A stretch of DNA of 64,000 nucleotides from Naegleria gruberi (Eukaryota): NCBI GenBank assembly GCA_000004985.1, contig GG738868.1. One strand, written 5' to 3'. Position 1 is the stretch's first letter; every line of letters begins with the position of its first letter. Position numbers and translations under genes: made by a program. A model generated the notes under the pieces. The model had not been told where the DNA came from. It saw only the letters and a list, made by a program, of their open reading frames with translations, and made no database searches. Positions 39,237-50,833 of this stretch are shown here, piece by piece.

Positions 39237-42164
39237 TTACATATCCAACCCAACTCCCATCTTTCTTCTTTCGAGTGCTAATCTTTCGTGAAGTCTCTGT
39301 TTGACAATCATTTCTCTTTCATTCTTGTAGGGAGAGGTATTGAGTATATTTTGTTCTGGTGATGGGAAATGAATATCCCTTGTCAGTTTGATATCTACTT
39401 CTTCCTCAGTTGACGGTTCAAGGGAAGACTCTTCCTTAATTTTCATATCATCATTGGTGGTATTGGAATCACTTCGACTATGGAGAGTTGTTGATGTATT
39501 AGTGGTTGCAGAATGTTCAAGAGTTGAAGATGAAACAGAAGTTGTTGTGGTAGACATAATTTGTTGCTGTTTCACTAATTCTGAAAGGAGGTGATGAATT
39601 TCTTGTGGAGATAATTTGGAAAAGAAATTATCTTTGGAAGATGTGGTAGAGGCATTGAGTGGATCGTCATTTGATGTGATTGGAGGTTGTTCGTCCATTT
39701 CTATTACGTCCATAGTGGGAGTTGGTTGGGTATCTGTAACAACAGCAATTTCTTCATCTTTGGTTGGTGTGAAGGAGAACAAATTTTCAGAACTTGATAG
39801 TACATTAACTCCAAACCGATTGTAATTGTAATTTGTGGAGTAGTCAGTATGTGTATCTTCAAAACTTGTGAGATAATCAACCTTATCCTCATAACTATTA
39901 TTGAAAGATTCGTTAGATTTGAGCTGAGTAATCAAATTTTGACTTTGTTCTTCAATGATTTTGAAAATATTAGAACTACCACTTGCAGGTTGTGGATTTT
40001 CACCTTGTAAACTTTTTTGTTTCTCTGGAGAGACGGAAGGGATTGTAATGGCATTTAAACGAGGTTGTTGTACGATTGGTTGTTGAGGTGGAGTGATATT
40101 TTGCCCAACTTGTGGTAGCCTCCTAGGTTCCAAGCTAGGAATAATGTTACTGGTATTTGGACTTGAAACGTAAACGTTAGAATTCATATTCGAAACGCCT
40201 TGCTGTTTTTTAGAATCACCACCATGTCTCAAAGACGTTTCCCAATGATAAGTACTACAGTTTGCCTTGGAATGTGCCAAATGTCTAAAATCATTAAAGT
40301 TTCTAACATTGGGATTTCCTCTCATTCTACTGTTTTTCTTTCCAGATCTTTCTGGATTGTAAGTTTCTAATATGCTTTTCACCTTTTCCGTTAATTCTGG
40401 ATTTTGTTCACTTACTGAGCTTCTTGAGCTTAAAATACTCTGCGTTATTTCTTTGACTTCCTCTTGTCTGGTTCCTTCCAGAATTGTTGACAATTCCTCA
40501 AATTGTTTTTGCTGTTGAATATTATATTGTTCCATCACAGAAATATATTCTAAAAGGACATTAATATCGTTCTTAGTTTGGTCATGTTGTTCCTTAACCA
40601 TATCAAAAGTTTGAGTTTTCTCTCTATGGTCAATTTCAAGCTTAGATTTGTGTTGGTGGAGAGCTACTCTCATTTTGGAGACTTGTTTTTGCAGCTCGAC
40701 TCTATTCTCTTCGATAGTAATTCTCTTTTGCTTTTCTTCTTTGTACAATTGTTGAATATTTCTATAATTTCTTTGAATTCTATCAAACTTTTTCTTGTTT
40801 TCCTCAGCTTCTGCCAATAGATTTTCATTGGCTGTTCTAAATGTTTCACAATCCAAATTCAAGTTCTTAATTTGAGTCTTTAAAGAGATTATTTCATTTC
40901 TTAGTGCTTCGTTGGATTTTTCAAGTCTGATATTTTCAGTTTGTTCCTCTGCCAAAACTAGTTTTAGGTCATCTATTGCTCTGGCATCTCTCTTTAAGGA
41001 CATTGTTTGCTCATCATCAAATGTTGGCAAAGGTTGATTGTTTAACATTTTAAGTGTTGGAATATTTGGAGGTTGTACAGGAGCTGAATGCGTCAGCCTG
41101 TGAGACTTCTTAGGGGCACTATTTGGCCTAGCTCCTCTAGATGATGAAGGTCGTTCTCTAGACAATTCTTTTGATGCATTTGCTCTTGTTGGTTGAGGTG
41201 TGCTGGGTCTTTTAAAAGATGTAACCGAGGAACCAGTAGAAAAATTATCTCCAGCTTCAGAGCTTGATTGAAAACTGAAACGACGTTTAGAGTTTAATAC
41301 ATTCAGTTTTCTTAAAGAAGATTCAGTTTCGTATTCCATATCCTCATCCGAAGTTATTAATGTATTCATAGTTGAGATAGATTCCTGATCATCCAATAAT
41401 CCACTATTTAAATCCACTGAATCAATTTGAGAAAGTGAAGGGACAAGAGTAGATATTGCATTAGTATGACTAGCTTGTCTACACAATTAGAAAAATTATG
41501 CAATCGTTACAACTTACTTGGAAATTGGATTCCCTCTAATTTTTAAATATTGAAGATTTCTTAAATTTGATAATGCTCTGATTGAATCAATATTTGAAAT
41601 TTCATTATTCATTACATTTAAATCCACTAGTTTTACCAAATGTTCAAGACCATCCAATAATTTAATATGATTATTAGACATGTTGAGGTGAGTTAAATTT
41701 ACAAGAGTTAGAAAAGAACTATAGGTATGATTGATGTGATTATAACTGATATTAAGTTCTTGTAAGGAACACAAGATCTCTATCCCAACAATCTTTGTTA
41801 ATAAATTATGAGAAACATCTAATTTTGTTAGTCCTAGGGGAAGTCCAGATAATTTTTCTATTCATCACCAATTAATCATCCAATTAATTCTTCAAAATCA
41901 CTTACTTAATTTGTTTCTAGATAAATTTAAAATGTTGAGGGAAGTAAATGTTTGTAGATTTGATAACCGATGAATGTCATTCCTAGATAAGTCTAAACTT
42001 TTTACTAGACTAAGAGTTTTTTTATCTTCCTCTCCACCGAACTGTATAAATTACAATGGTGATGATTTGTAAAATTGATGATGTTATTATTGAGTGATTT
42101 ATTAAAAATATACCTTATCTAAATCGATTTCTTCAATTTCTTGGCCAGCGAAAGAGATGTGCAT
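39237..42164 (-). CDS. Leucine-rich-repeat (SDS22-type) plus long coiled-coil protein, S/T/P-rich tail; multi-exon
   Basis: 5' exons encode LRRs (MHISFAGQEIEEIDLDK; LQELNISYNHINHTYSSFLTLVNLTHLNMSNNHIKLLDGLEHLVKLVDLNVMNNEISNIDSIRALSNLRNLQYLKIRGNPI). The 749-aa 3' exon has a long coiled coil (ENIRLEKSNEALRNEIISLKTQIKNLNLDCETFRTANENLLAEAEENKKKFDRIQRNYRNIQQLYKEEKQKR). Confidence 0.6.
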
Positions 42165-42389
42165 TATTTTTTTAGATTTGAAGGCAGTTTACATGATTTC
42201 TCCAAACAACAATACAACTTTCCCGCCACTTCTTCTACAAAGAAGTAAAACATTCAATGATGGGCTGCATGATGATTCAATAATTTTATTTGTAGTTGTT
42301 CATCAATTGATTCAAAATGATTAAGAATTCGTCTCTCTTGATCAGAGGAACAATGAAAAACAATGAAAGAATGAAGTGGTATACATGTA

Positions 42390-43037
42390 TTAAAGATTCA
42401 ACTGGTATGAATTATAGAAACTTCCTGAAAAGTGTACTTCTCTATTGCAATCCAATGATTTAATAACCCACTTGAAATCTCTACCCTTAGCTCTTTCCTT
42501 CTCTAAAGACAATTTTGTTTTTGGAGGAAATATCATTCTAAGCACTTTATCCATTGCATTTTTATCAAAATGATTACCTTCAATTCTAATGATTGTTAAA
42601 TTCTTAGTAATATCAAGAACATCATATAATGTATTAACTCTCCTACTATCCAATTTAGAATATGATAAATCTAATTCTGTGATCTTTTCTGCCAGCAAGG
42701 TAGGTGTCTCTCTTCTAGTATCAATCGATTCTTTCAAAGTTGAATAATAAACTTTACTATAATTATTTCTTCTAATCATTCTCAATAAAACTGTGGCACT
42801 TTCATAGTTGTGAGCGGAGAATTTAAAATTATCAAATCTTTCAAACACAACATTGAACCACGTACGATTAATTCTCAAGCATGAAAAAAACAAATCTTGA
42901 GTTTCCAAATATTTCATAATCTCATAACAAACATCACCTGAAAACTTATTATCATTCTCCGCTAATAAAGGTTCATATTTTGTCTTCTTTTTTGGTTGAT
43001 CAGTTTCTTCTCTTTTCCTTCTTGCCATTTTTTTCAT
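42390..43037 (-). CDS. F-box-like protein
   Basis: 215-aa ORF. It has a basic N-terminus and the F-box-like segment DVCYEIMKYLETQDLFFSCLRINRTWFNVVF. Confidence 0.5.
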   Translation of the reverse strand: MKKMARRKREETDQPKKKTKYEPLLAENDNKFSGDVCYEIMKYLETQDLFFSCLRINRTWFNVVFERFDNFKFSAHNYESATVLLRMIRRNNYSKVYYSTLKESIDTRRETPTLLAEKITELDLSYSKLDSRRVNTLYDVLDITKNLTIIRIEGNHFDKNAMDKVLRMIFPPKTKLSLEKERAKGRDFKWVIKSLDCNREVHFSGSFYNSYQLNL

Positions 43038-43319
43038 GTTATTTGATTTTTATTAATCCACGTATTTCTGGAATAAAAAGTGACAAGTTGTAGAGCATGA
43101 AAATTTGTTTGTCTTCAATCCTTTGAATGTAATTACAACAACTTTCACAATATTTTGTAAACAACTTCAATCTTACTATTTGATTTATTAATAATTTGAA
43201 GATGAACTTTGAAAAGCAAAAAACCCAAAATGAACTTGGCCAAACAGTAAACACTTTAAAAAAAAAATCAAAACACACCAACTTGATTATTCACTTGCCA
43301 CCGATCGTTATACAAAAAT

Positions 43320-44414
43320 ATGCAAAGTATTCTCCAATTACCTCCTGAACCATTGGGAGTGATTTGTTCGTTTATTTGTGATGAACCCGAATTAATTAAA
43401 TCCTTCATGATTACTAATAAGGATTGGTATTATAATTTATATATGGATGAGAATTCTAATATTTGGGCAGAGATTGTAACATACCGAGCAGATAAGAATA
43501 TTTTGGAACAATTTATGAAGGAAAAGCAAGATCGTTCCTATAGAGAATTAGTATTTTCTATTTGGAATGAAATGTCTGGTTATGGAGGGAATTCATTATT
43601 TGTTTTCAAGAATAATGAAAATGGTAATTTAGCTCAACAAGTAGGAATGCAAGTAAAATTTGATGATGAGATGGCAAATAGATTTAAAGGAACTGATGGG
43701 TTTACAGTTGAAATGTGGATTAATTTTAAATTGCATACCTTCTTTCCAGTCATGTGTTGTTTAACTGATAGAGATTGGAATAATGGTTTTGGATTATTTG
43801 AATATACAAACGGAAACAATGAAGAAAATCCAAATACTATTAACATGTTTGTACAAGATTGGTATCAAGATCCAAATTATTTCACTACAGCTCCAATTCC
43901 AGATGTGAATGAATGGAATCATTTTGCTGGAGTTTTCAGTTATGCAGATAATACAGTCAGGATTTATAGAAATGGTCAATTGATAAATTGTAAAACAATT
44001 ACTGATCATAATATTCAAATAAGTTCAGATATGAATTTGGTGATTGGTTTTTCTGATTATTCAGGTGATATTTCTTATCATGTTATTGGTGAATTTAATG
44101 ACATTAGAGTTTGGAATGTGGCTCGATCTGATACTGAAATTTCAGAATATTACAATAAGAGAATTACAAAACTAAACTTTTTGAATGAGAAAGAGTATGA
44201 AGGATTAGTTTTCAATTTTTATCCATCAGTGGAGGATACTAAGGAAAATATCAAGAACAAATCACCAAATCCAGAATACAGAATTGAGAAGTATGATATT
44301 GTAGATAATGCAGCAACAGATATTGCAACCTCTGAAGTTGATAAAATGGGGAAAAGTCTACTTTCTAAAATGTGGTCGAGTGCCTATTCCACAATAAAGA
44401 AGGTTTTCAAATAA
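43320..44414 (+). CDS. F-box-like plus concanavalin A-like lectin (LamG-type) domain protein
   Basis: The N-terminus LPPEPLGVICSFICDEPELIKSFMITNKDWYYNL is F-box-like. The C-terminal jelly-roll signature ...LVIGFSDYSGDISYHVIGEFNDIRVWNVARSDTEISEYYN is typical of LamG/ConA-like domains. Confidence 0.55.
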   Translation: MQSILQLPPEPLGVICSFICDEPELIKSFMITNKDWYYNLYMDENSNIWAEIVTYRADKNILEQFMKEKQDRSYRELVFSIWNEMSGYGGNSLFVFKNNENGNLAQQVGMQVKFDDEMANRFKGTDGFTVEMWINFKLHTFFPVMCCLTDRDWNNGFGLFEYTNGNNEENPNTINMFVQDWYQDPNYFTTAPIPDVNEWNHFAGVFSYADNTVRIYRNGQLINCKTITDHNIQISSDMNLVIGFSDYSGDISYHVIGEFNDIRVWNVARSDTEISEYYNKRITKLNFLNEKEYEGLVFNFYPSVEDTKENIKNKSPNPEYRIEKYDIVDNAATDIATSEVDKMGKSLLSKMWSSAYSTIKKVFK

Positions 44415-44508
44415 AATCTTCTTAAATTGAATTAATTTTATATATGGTTTATTTGAATAGTTTAAGCATTTCACTAGATCAATAAAACAATAAGATCATT
44501 CTTCATTA

Positions 44509-46532
44509 TTATTGTACTAAACACTTCTTTGAATGAGATTTACCATAATTTTCATCTCTACTGATTGCAATTGCTTTCAATATAATTTCACTCAAATCAT
44601 CAAAACCATATCTTTTTTTTGAGCTAGTTTCAATATAAGTTATACAACCTATCTTTTTAGCCATCAACTCTCCTTCTTCAAATGTGATTGGATTTGTATC
44701 ATATTTGAGAAGAAAAATTGGATCAGTGCGATAGTCAACCTTATTATTCACCAATATAATAGGTGTATCAGGACAGTGATGTCTAATTTCTGGAATCCAT
44801 TTGAGTGCAACATTGAAAAATGAATTTTCTGCTACGCAACTAAAGCTCAGTAAGAATAGAGATGTATCTGGATAATTCTATTAATCAATTAGTCAACTGA
44901 TAAGATAGGTTATTACTTACCAATGGACGTAAACTATTGATATTGAAAAATATTGAAATATATAAAACAACCTACCAATCATAATCTAAAATCGATGAGT
45001 AGAAATAAGTATTTTCATAACTACTTACCTTCAGGACCAGCAGTATCCCTTTCAAATGTCAATTATTCATATTGACTCAATAAAACTTACCATAGACCAA
45101 TTAAATAACTCTTTCCCTCAACTCTGACACTCAAATCATAATTATCAAATATTGTTGGAATGAACTCTTCTGGATAGCTACCTGTAGCATATGTAATATA
45201 TAATGATGTTTTACCAACTGATCCATCACCAACCTGAATTATCTTTTCACTTGCAGGAGGTGAATATTTTTCTAACATTTCATTCATTTGAGAGTATTGT
45301 AAAATTTCAGATGATTTTGAATAATGTTTACCATCTAAACGTTGTGTTGCTTTTCTAATTGTCCGTATTCTTTTAGAATTCTTCTGTTCAACTTTTGACA
45401 ATATGGATTGAATTGTTTCAATTAGAATTTGTCTAAAATTTGATGTTTTAAGTAAATTTAATTCAAATAGATTTGCTTGAGAGAAATATTTTGATGCAAT
45501 TTTAAATTCCTTCATCTTTTTTAAATAAAAATCTTTCCAAAATTGATCTTCACTTGTTAATTCACAAATTCTTAATGATTTGGAAACTAAATGTAATTTC
45601 ATTAAATCTTGAATATTAAGAAATAATAGAATTGATCTTAAAATATCATCATTCAGATTCTTGAATAGTTCAATATTAAATGAAAATGTCAAAATGTCAC
45701 AAGTCATTTGAAATCCTCCAAATATAAAATAATTAAATGAAGAATCAATGGGAATTTGAACTAAAGTGTGGAGACATGGTCTAGCTACTTCCTTATCATT
45801 GAAAATATTCGAAAGTGAATGATTTTTTTCAATTTTCCAACCTTCACTAATATTTTCCAAATCAAGACATGTACAATCTGTGAAATCTTGATTTAGATTA
45901 CAACCACCAATACTATATAACTTATTTCCTTCCAAAACCATTGAATGTCCATATCTAGCAAAATTATCATTCAAAATAATCTCAGCTTGACATTTGACAT
46001 TTCCAACATTTTCCAATGAATCAAGTGAAATCTTAATTGTATCCTTAATAATTGAATCATAATTTCTACCACCATGTATATACCACTCTCCTGTTTCATT
46101 ATTTAACACGGATGCATGATAATATCGATGTGAAATTACTTCTTGACTTGAATCAATTTCCACTCTTGTCCATTCCATATTTGTAAAATTAAATTTAAAT
46201 AATTCATTTGATGCAAAATAATTTTTACAATTATATCCACCAAATATAAATAATTGATTTTTAAAAATTACACTTGAATGACCATATAAAGGTGGAATTA
46301 ATCTATCTTTGGAATTTAATTGTTTCCATGAATTATTTGTAAATTCATATATCCAAATATCATTATGAAAACTATTAATAGATTTACCTCCAAATAAAAT
46401 CATTTCATTTGAATTTCTTAAATTGGTAGTATGACAATTTCTTGCACATGGAATTAATTTTTCTATTGAATGATTCGGATCAGTTAATATTGTTAAATTT
46501 CTCCATTTTTTAGTTGTAATATCAAATTTCAA
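44509..46532 (-). CDS. Kelch-repeat + F-box + Rac-family small GTPase fusion protein with CAAX box; catalytic Gln replaced by Pro; GTPase part in several small exons; 5' end unresolved
   Basis: The large exon (46532..45087) carries Kelch motifs (MILFGGKS..., QLFIFGGYN..., WYIHGGRN..., KLYSIGGCN..., YFIFGGFQ), the F-box DDILRSILLFLNIQDLMKLHLVSKSLR and the start of a Rac domain IIQVGDGSVGKTSLYITYATGSYPEEFIPTIFDNYDLSVRVEGKSYLIGLW. Downstream exons read DTAGPE (Q61 to P) and LRPL. The last exon NYPDTSLFLLSFS...HHCPDTPIILVNNKVD... ends with the polybasic CAAX tail KSHSKKCLVQ. Confidence 0.7.
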
Positions 46533-46816
46533 TTAAATCATTACAATAAATTGAATTTTTTAAACAACCTCCGAATAGATAGAGTTTATTCTCTCTATTA
46601 ACAATACTACTACCAATTCTAATATTACAGCTGGTAAGTGGAAGATTGAGAAGATTCAAATAACGTCATTTTTTTTTAAAGTTGATATTTTGTAAACTAT
46701 TTCAATGTTCCTATCACCAATGATAAACTTGCTTAAACTTTCAAAAAAACGACTAAATATATGTAATATAAATATATATAAATAATTAAATATATAATAA
46801 TAATAAATAATAAATT

Positions 46817-49800
46817 TTATTCATTTCCATTTCCATTAATTTGAACATATTGTTGTAAAATAGTATCGATTGGAATGTCAGGATTTCCTTTTCCTTTTTG
46901 AAAAGTTTCTTCATCTTGATAACGTTGATGTAAAATGTGTGCAATCATTCTATTATATTCCTTTTTAAATTCAATTCCAATTAATTTAATATAATAAAAT
47001 AAAATAAATGCTAATAAACAAATTGAATAAATTGACATTTGAATTATAAATGTTGAATAAACTGAATGAATTGAATCAACAAGTAAACAAATTAAACATC
47101 CAGGTATAGTAATTACTATATTAATTATAAAAGTACCAATTAAAGGAATGTATGAATTTGTATAATTATGTGATAAAATAAACATTTGATAACAATTCAT
47201 AAAAACATAAATAATACTACTTGTAAATGATACAATCCAATATTGTTGTATTATTTGATCAATATTTTTAACTATTGTTGAATCTGATGTTAATTTAACT
47301 CCTTCCATTACTATATTTGTAATATCAGTTACTAAATATATACAAATAAATATTAAAGTTATAATTAAAAGTAATAAAATTGATTTAATATTTAAATAAA
47401 TTAATCCTTTGTAATTTAATCTATTTATACATCTTCTACTATATATAGTAATTAATGAATTTCCTAATAAACAAATTTTAATATAAATTAAACTATAACA
47501 AGTAACAATAATAAAAGAAATAAATTCACTTGTAGAATAATTATAATAAATTATAATTGAATTAATTATATAAATTATTAAAGTTGAAAATGAAAATCCA
47601 AATATAGTTAAATAATTTCCAATTAATCTTTTAAAAATAAATTTATCAAATTTAAAAAAATCATTATTATAAAAACAAAAACATGAAATTCCCTTTTTAG
47701 TAAATAACATTAATAAAATTGAAATTATTAATGGAAATAAATATGAAATTCCATAAATTAATGAAATATAATAATAAATTTTATCATTAAATGCATGAAT
47801 AATTTCTGATTTTGGAATTAATAAAAATACTATATATAGTAATACACCAAATATAATTGTAAAATAAACATGAACAAAATTATAAAAAGCAATAAAAATT
47901 GAAATAAATAATAAAATAAAATTATAAAATAAAATATTACTAATATTAAAATAAAATATAAATTCCCAAACTGTTGATCTATTTATAGCATAAAATATTC
48001 CAAAACTGGCAGCATATTGTAAAATACTTGATAAAAATGTTAATATGAATGAAATTAAAACAATTTTACCAATAAAAGAATTTGATAAAAATAATTTTGA
48101 ATTTTGAATATCAAATAATTCACGATGATAATAATATTTAAATATATTCATTCTATAATTAGTAATATCCATAAATAGATAAATAATAATTGGATACATG
48201 AAAATTAATTCTAAAATTAAATTAATTGTAAATAAAATAATAAACATTAAAGAACTATCATTATCAATAATATTAAAAGTATTATTAATTAAATATTTTG
48301 TACTAATAAATGTCATGATAAAAATAGATGAAATTAAAATAAATAATTTTGTAATTGAACTTCCATGTGAATATTCTTTAAATGAAGGATGAACAATTAA
48401 TGATGACATTGGTTCTGATTTTCTCATTAACCAATCATTTTCATCAAATTCATTAGAATCTTCTGAATCTGAATTATCATTTTCAATATTTAATAGTGAT
48501 GTACTACTATTACTATTCCACCTCCACCAACACCACCTCCACCTCCACCAACCACCAAATATACTATTAGATGATGTTAAATGTTGTGATCTAATATTTG
48601 AATGATTTGAATGATGATTATTTGGATGAATGGATTGTTCTTGTGAAATGGATTGATAATATTCATTAAATGCCTTTTCCTTAATTGAACTTTGAAAGTT
48701 TTGTTTCACTACCAACATTGAAATATCACTCATTAGAGATTGATTATTACTATTATTATTATTATTGGAATGTAAATCTTGAAATGCCTTATCCAATGGA
48801 TTTGTCTTTTCAATTGGTGCTAAAAGTTGAATTTTTTTACGTTGAGTTGAATTGATAGAATTTGATCGTTGTTCAAAATCTTGATTATTATTAACATTTG
48901 AATTTTCATTCTTTTCAGTTGACATGATAAAGAATGAAGTAATATCATCAATAACCAATGATTGTTCTGAGGTTTCTTCTTTTTTAGATGAGGAGAATGA
49001 ATTCATTTTTCTTGTTGTACTTGTTGAGAGAGCACTGAATGAACTTGATTTACCTGGTAATTGATTAATTGATTTCTTTGTTGATTTTACAACAACTTTA
49101 ACTTCATCTTCATCATCATCATCATCGTAATGATCATAAACTTGTCTCTGACCTAAATATTGAGATTCCTCTCTGGCCAATTGTTCATCCTTTAAAACAT
49201 TCATATCAACTTCATCATCATTATTTTCATTATTATTATTACTATTATATTTCATTAGACTTGATAATTGTTGTGCAATGTCCATTCCATTTCTAACAGA
49301 TTGACGATTATTCATTACAATGGCATTGGAATTATAATTTTTAGAACTTGCATCTAAAATATCTGGAATTGAAGACATGGTACTCATATTCTCATCAGTT
49401 AAACGATCATCTTCATCATCCTGATCATCTCCACCATCTTGATCATCATCCTGATCATCATCATCATCATCGTCACTTGATGCTTCAGTCATTTCATTAC
49501 TCGTTGGGAGAACATCAAGAAATTGAATGGATTGATTCACTTCTTTAAATTTATCAATCCACTTGAACATTTCATCTGAATTATTAGTCTTTAAATATAA
49601 TACTCTCTTTTTTGTTACAATTTTAAATATATTAAATTCATTCTTAAATTCATTAAAACATTCAACAATAATTGATTTATCAATATTTAGTGATCCCTTC
49701 TTTTTCTTCTTTTTTTCATCGGTATAATAGGTTAATTCAGATTCATCATGAAATACAAAATATCTACGTTTCCAACTCTTTACAATTTTACCTTGTTTTT

Positions 49801-50173
49801 GTAAAAATCCTTCAATATGTACATCTTTCTCATTATTATTGTTAGAATTAGAAGAATTATTAGTACGAATATTACGACTATTACGATTATTATTGTTATT
49901 ATTTGATGATGAATTATTGTTATTATTACGAAGCCTAAAACTTGAAAATATTGATTGTTGATTGGATGAGTTTCCAATATTATTATTAGATGATGATGGT
50001 GTAGTATTAGATGATTGATTAAAAGAAGATTCATCCTGTCCACCCAATGTAACCACTGGTAAATTATTGATGGTATTTCTCTGATTGTTGGGATTCATTG
50101 GAGTGGATAAATTATTGAAATCATCATTGGTACGAAATGATGAGGTTGTTGAATGAAAGTCATCATTATCCAT
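46817..50173 (-). CDS. PH-domain protein with C-terminal polytopic (about 12 TM) membrane domain, long N/S/D-rich disordered linker
   Basis: Single 1118-aa ORF. The N-terminal PH domain is IEGFLQKQGKIVKSWKRRYFVFHDESELTYYTDEKKKKKKGSLNIDKSIIVECF...MFKWIDKFKEVNQ. The C-terminal 550 aa hold many hydrophobic helices with no family I recognise. There are poly-N, poly-D and a (CCA)n-encoded W/R tract. Codon usage is extremely AT-rich. Confidence 0.65.
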   Translation of the reverse strand: MDNDDFHSTTSSFRTNDDFNNLSTPMNPNNQRNTINNLPVVTLGGQDESSFNQSSNTTPSSSNNNIGNSSNQQSIFSSFRLRNNNNNSSSNNNNNNRNSRNIRTNNSSNSNNNNEKDVHIEGFLQKQGKIVKSWKRRYFVFHDESELTYYTDEKKKKKKGSLNIDKSIIVECFNEFKNEFNIFKIVTKKRVLYLKTNNSDEMFKWIDKFKEVNQSIQFLDVLPTSNEMTEASSDDDDDDDQDDDQDGGDDQDDEDDRLTDENMSTMSSIPDILDASSKNYNSNAIVMNNRQSVRNGMDIAQQLSSLMKYNSNNNNENNDDEVDMNVLKDEQLAREESQYLGQRQVYDHYDDDDDEDEVKVVVKSTKKSINQLPGKSSSFSALSTSTTRKMNSFSSSKKEETSEQSLVIDDITSFFIMSTEKNENSNVNNNQDFEQRSNSINSTQRKKIQLLAPIEKTNPLDKAFQDLHSNNNNNSNNQSLMSDISMLVVKQNFQSSIKEKAFNEYYQSISQEQSIHPNNHHSNHSNIRSQHLTSSNSIFGGWWRWRWCWWRWNSNSSTSLLNIENDNSDSEDSNEFDENDWLMRKSEPMSSLIVHPSFKEYSHGSSITKLFILISSIFIMTFISTKYLINNTFNIIDNDSSLMFIILFTINLILELIFMYPIIIYLFMDITNYRMNIFKYYYHRELFDIQNSKLFLSNSFIGKIVLISFILTFLSSILQYAASFGIFYAINRSTVWEFIFYFNISNILFYNFILLFISIFIAFYNFVHVYFTIIFGVLLYIVFLLIPKSEIIHAFNDKIYYYISLIYGISYLFPLIISILLMLFTKKGISCFCFYNNDFFKFDKFIFKRLIGNYLTIFGFSFSTLIIYIINSIIIYYNYSTSEFISFIIVTCYSLIYIKICLLGNSLITIYSRRCINRLNYKGLIYLNIKSILLLLIITLIFICIYLVTDITNIVMEGVKLTSDSTIVKNIDQIIQQYWIVSFTSSIIYVFMNCYQMFILSHNYTNSYIPLIGTFIINIVITIPGCLICLLVDSIHSVYSTFIIQMSIYSICLLAFILFYYIKLIGIEFKKEYNRMIAHILHQRYQDEETFQKGKGNPDIPIDTILQQYVQINGNGNE
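48520..48560 (-). repeat. (CCA/CCT)n-type simple repeat inside PH-TM CDS encoding a W/R-rich tract
   Basis: Plus strand ccacctccaccaacaccacctccacctccaccaaccaccaa. The minus-strand frame reads GGWWRWRWCWWRW. Confidence 0.7.
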
Positions 50174-50382
50174 TTTTTAACGTCAATGATTTTAAAATCA
50201 TAATCAAATAATTATTAACATTTGACAGTTATTATAATTTTAAATATCTCTTTAATATCAAAAATATCATTCCTTTCTCTCTTAATACTAGAATCTCAAG
50301 TCTTAGCAATAATTAACAATTCTATAGCTTAAATTAAAGCCTTCAATAATGAAAAGAAAAATTCCGAAGGCTTTGAAAAAAA

Positions 50383-50829
50383 ATGTCTGAAGAAATAACC
50401 TCAACTACCACCACAACTAACGTTCAAGAATCATCAAGTTCCGAATCAACCTCATCGGAAGTTATTACCATCACAGTTAGATTAATTAAAAGTTTCCATT
50501 ATAGAAATATTAAATTATTAATCTTGAAGGATATTAAAGTAAATGAATTAACTGGAAATGATTTATTGAAATTAGTTTTGGAAAAGATTGAAAAGGAATC
50601 AGGTTTGCTTCCACATCGTGGACGTAAATATGATACATTTAAATTATATCATCATGCCTTTTCGTTTAAAGCAAATAATTTAGTTGTTAATTTACAAGAT
50701 GATGATAAATTAATCTTTAAAATGGATAAAACTTTGAAGGAAAATAATGTTGATAATGAAGCTGAAATTAGTTGTTTCATTATGGATGAATATTTGGAAT
50801 TCAAGAAAAATCCAGAATTGAAATGGTAA
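50383..50829 (+). CDS. UPF0538 family protein (C2orf76-like)
   Basis: ITITVRLIKSFHYRNIKLLILKD...RKYDTFKLYHHAF...LQDDDKLIFKMDKTLKENNV...EISCFIMDEYLEFKKNPELKW parallels my recollection of human C2orf76 (ITVRLIRSFEHRN...YDTLKI...DDDRLLLKEDSTLK...FFCEEDYKNYKANP). Confidence 0.5.
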   Translation: MSEEITSTTTTTNVQESSSSESTSSEVITITVRLIKSFHYRNIKLLILKDIKVNELTGNDLLKLVLEKIEKESGLLPHRGRKYDTFKLYHHAFSFKANNLVVNLQDDDKLIFKMDKTLKENNVDNEAEISCFIMDEYLEFKKNPELKW

Positions 50830-50833
50830 AAAC

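Noticed and set aside
48198-49548. Plus-strand ORFs (48198..48392, 49348..49548) inside the PH-TM gene
   Set aside because: They are antisense to a long coherent minus-strand ORF and derive from AT and GAT repeat content.
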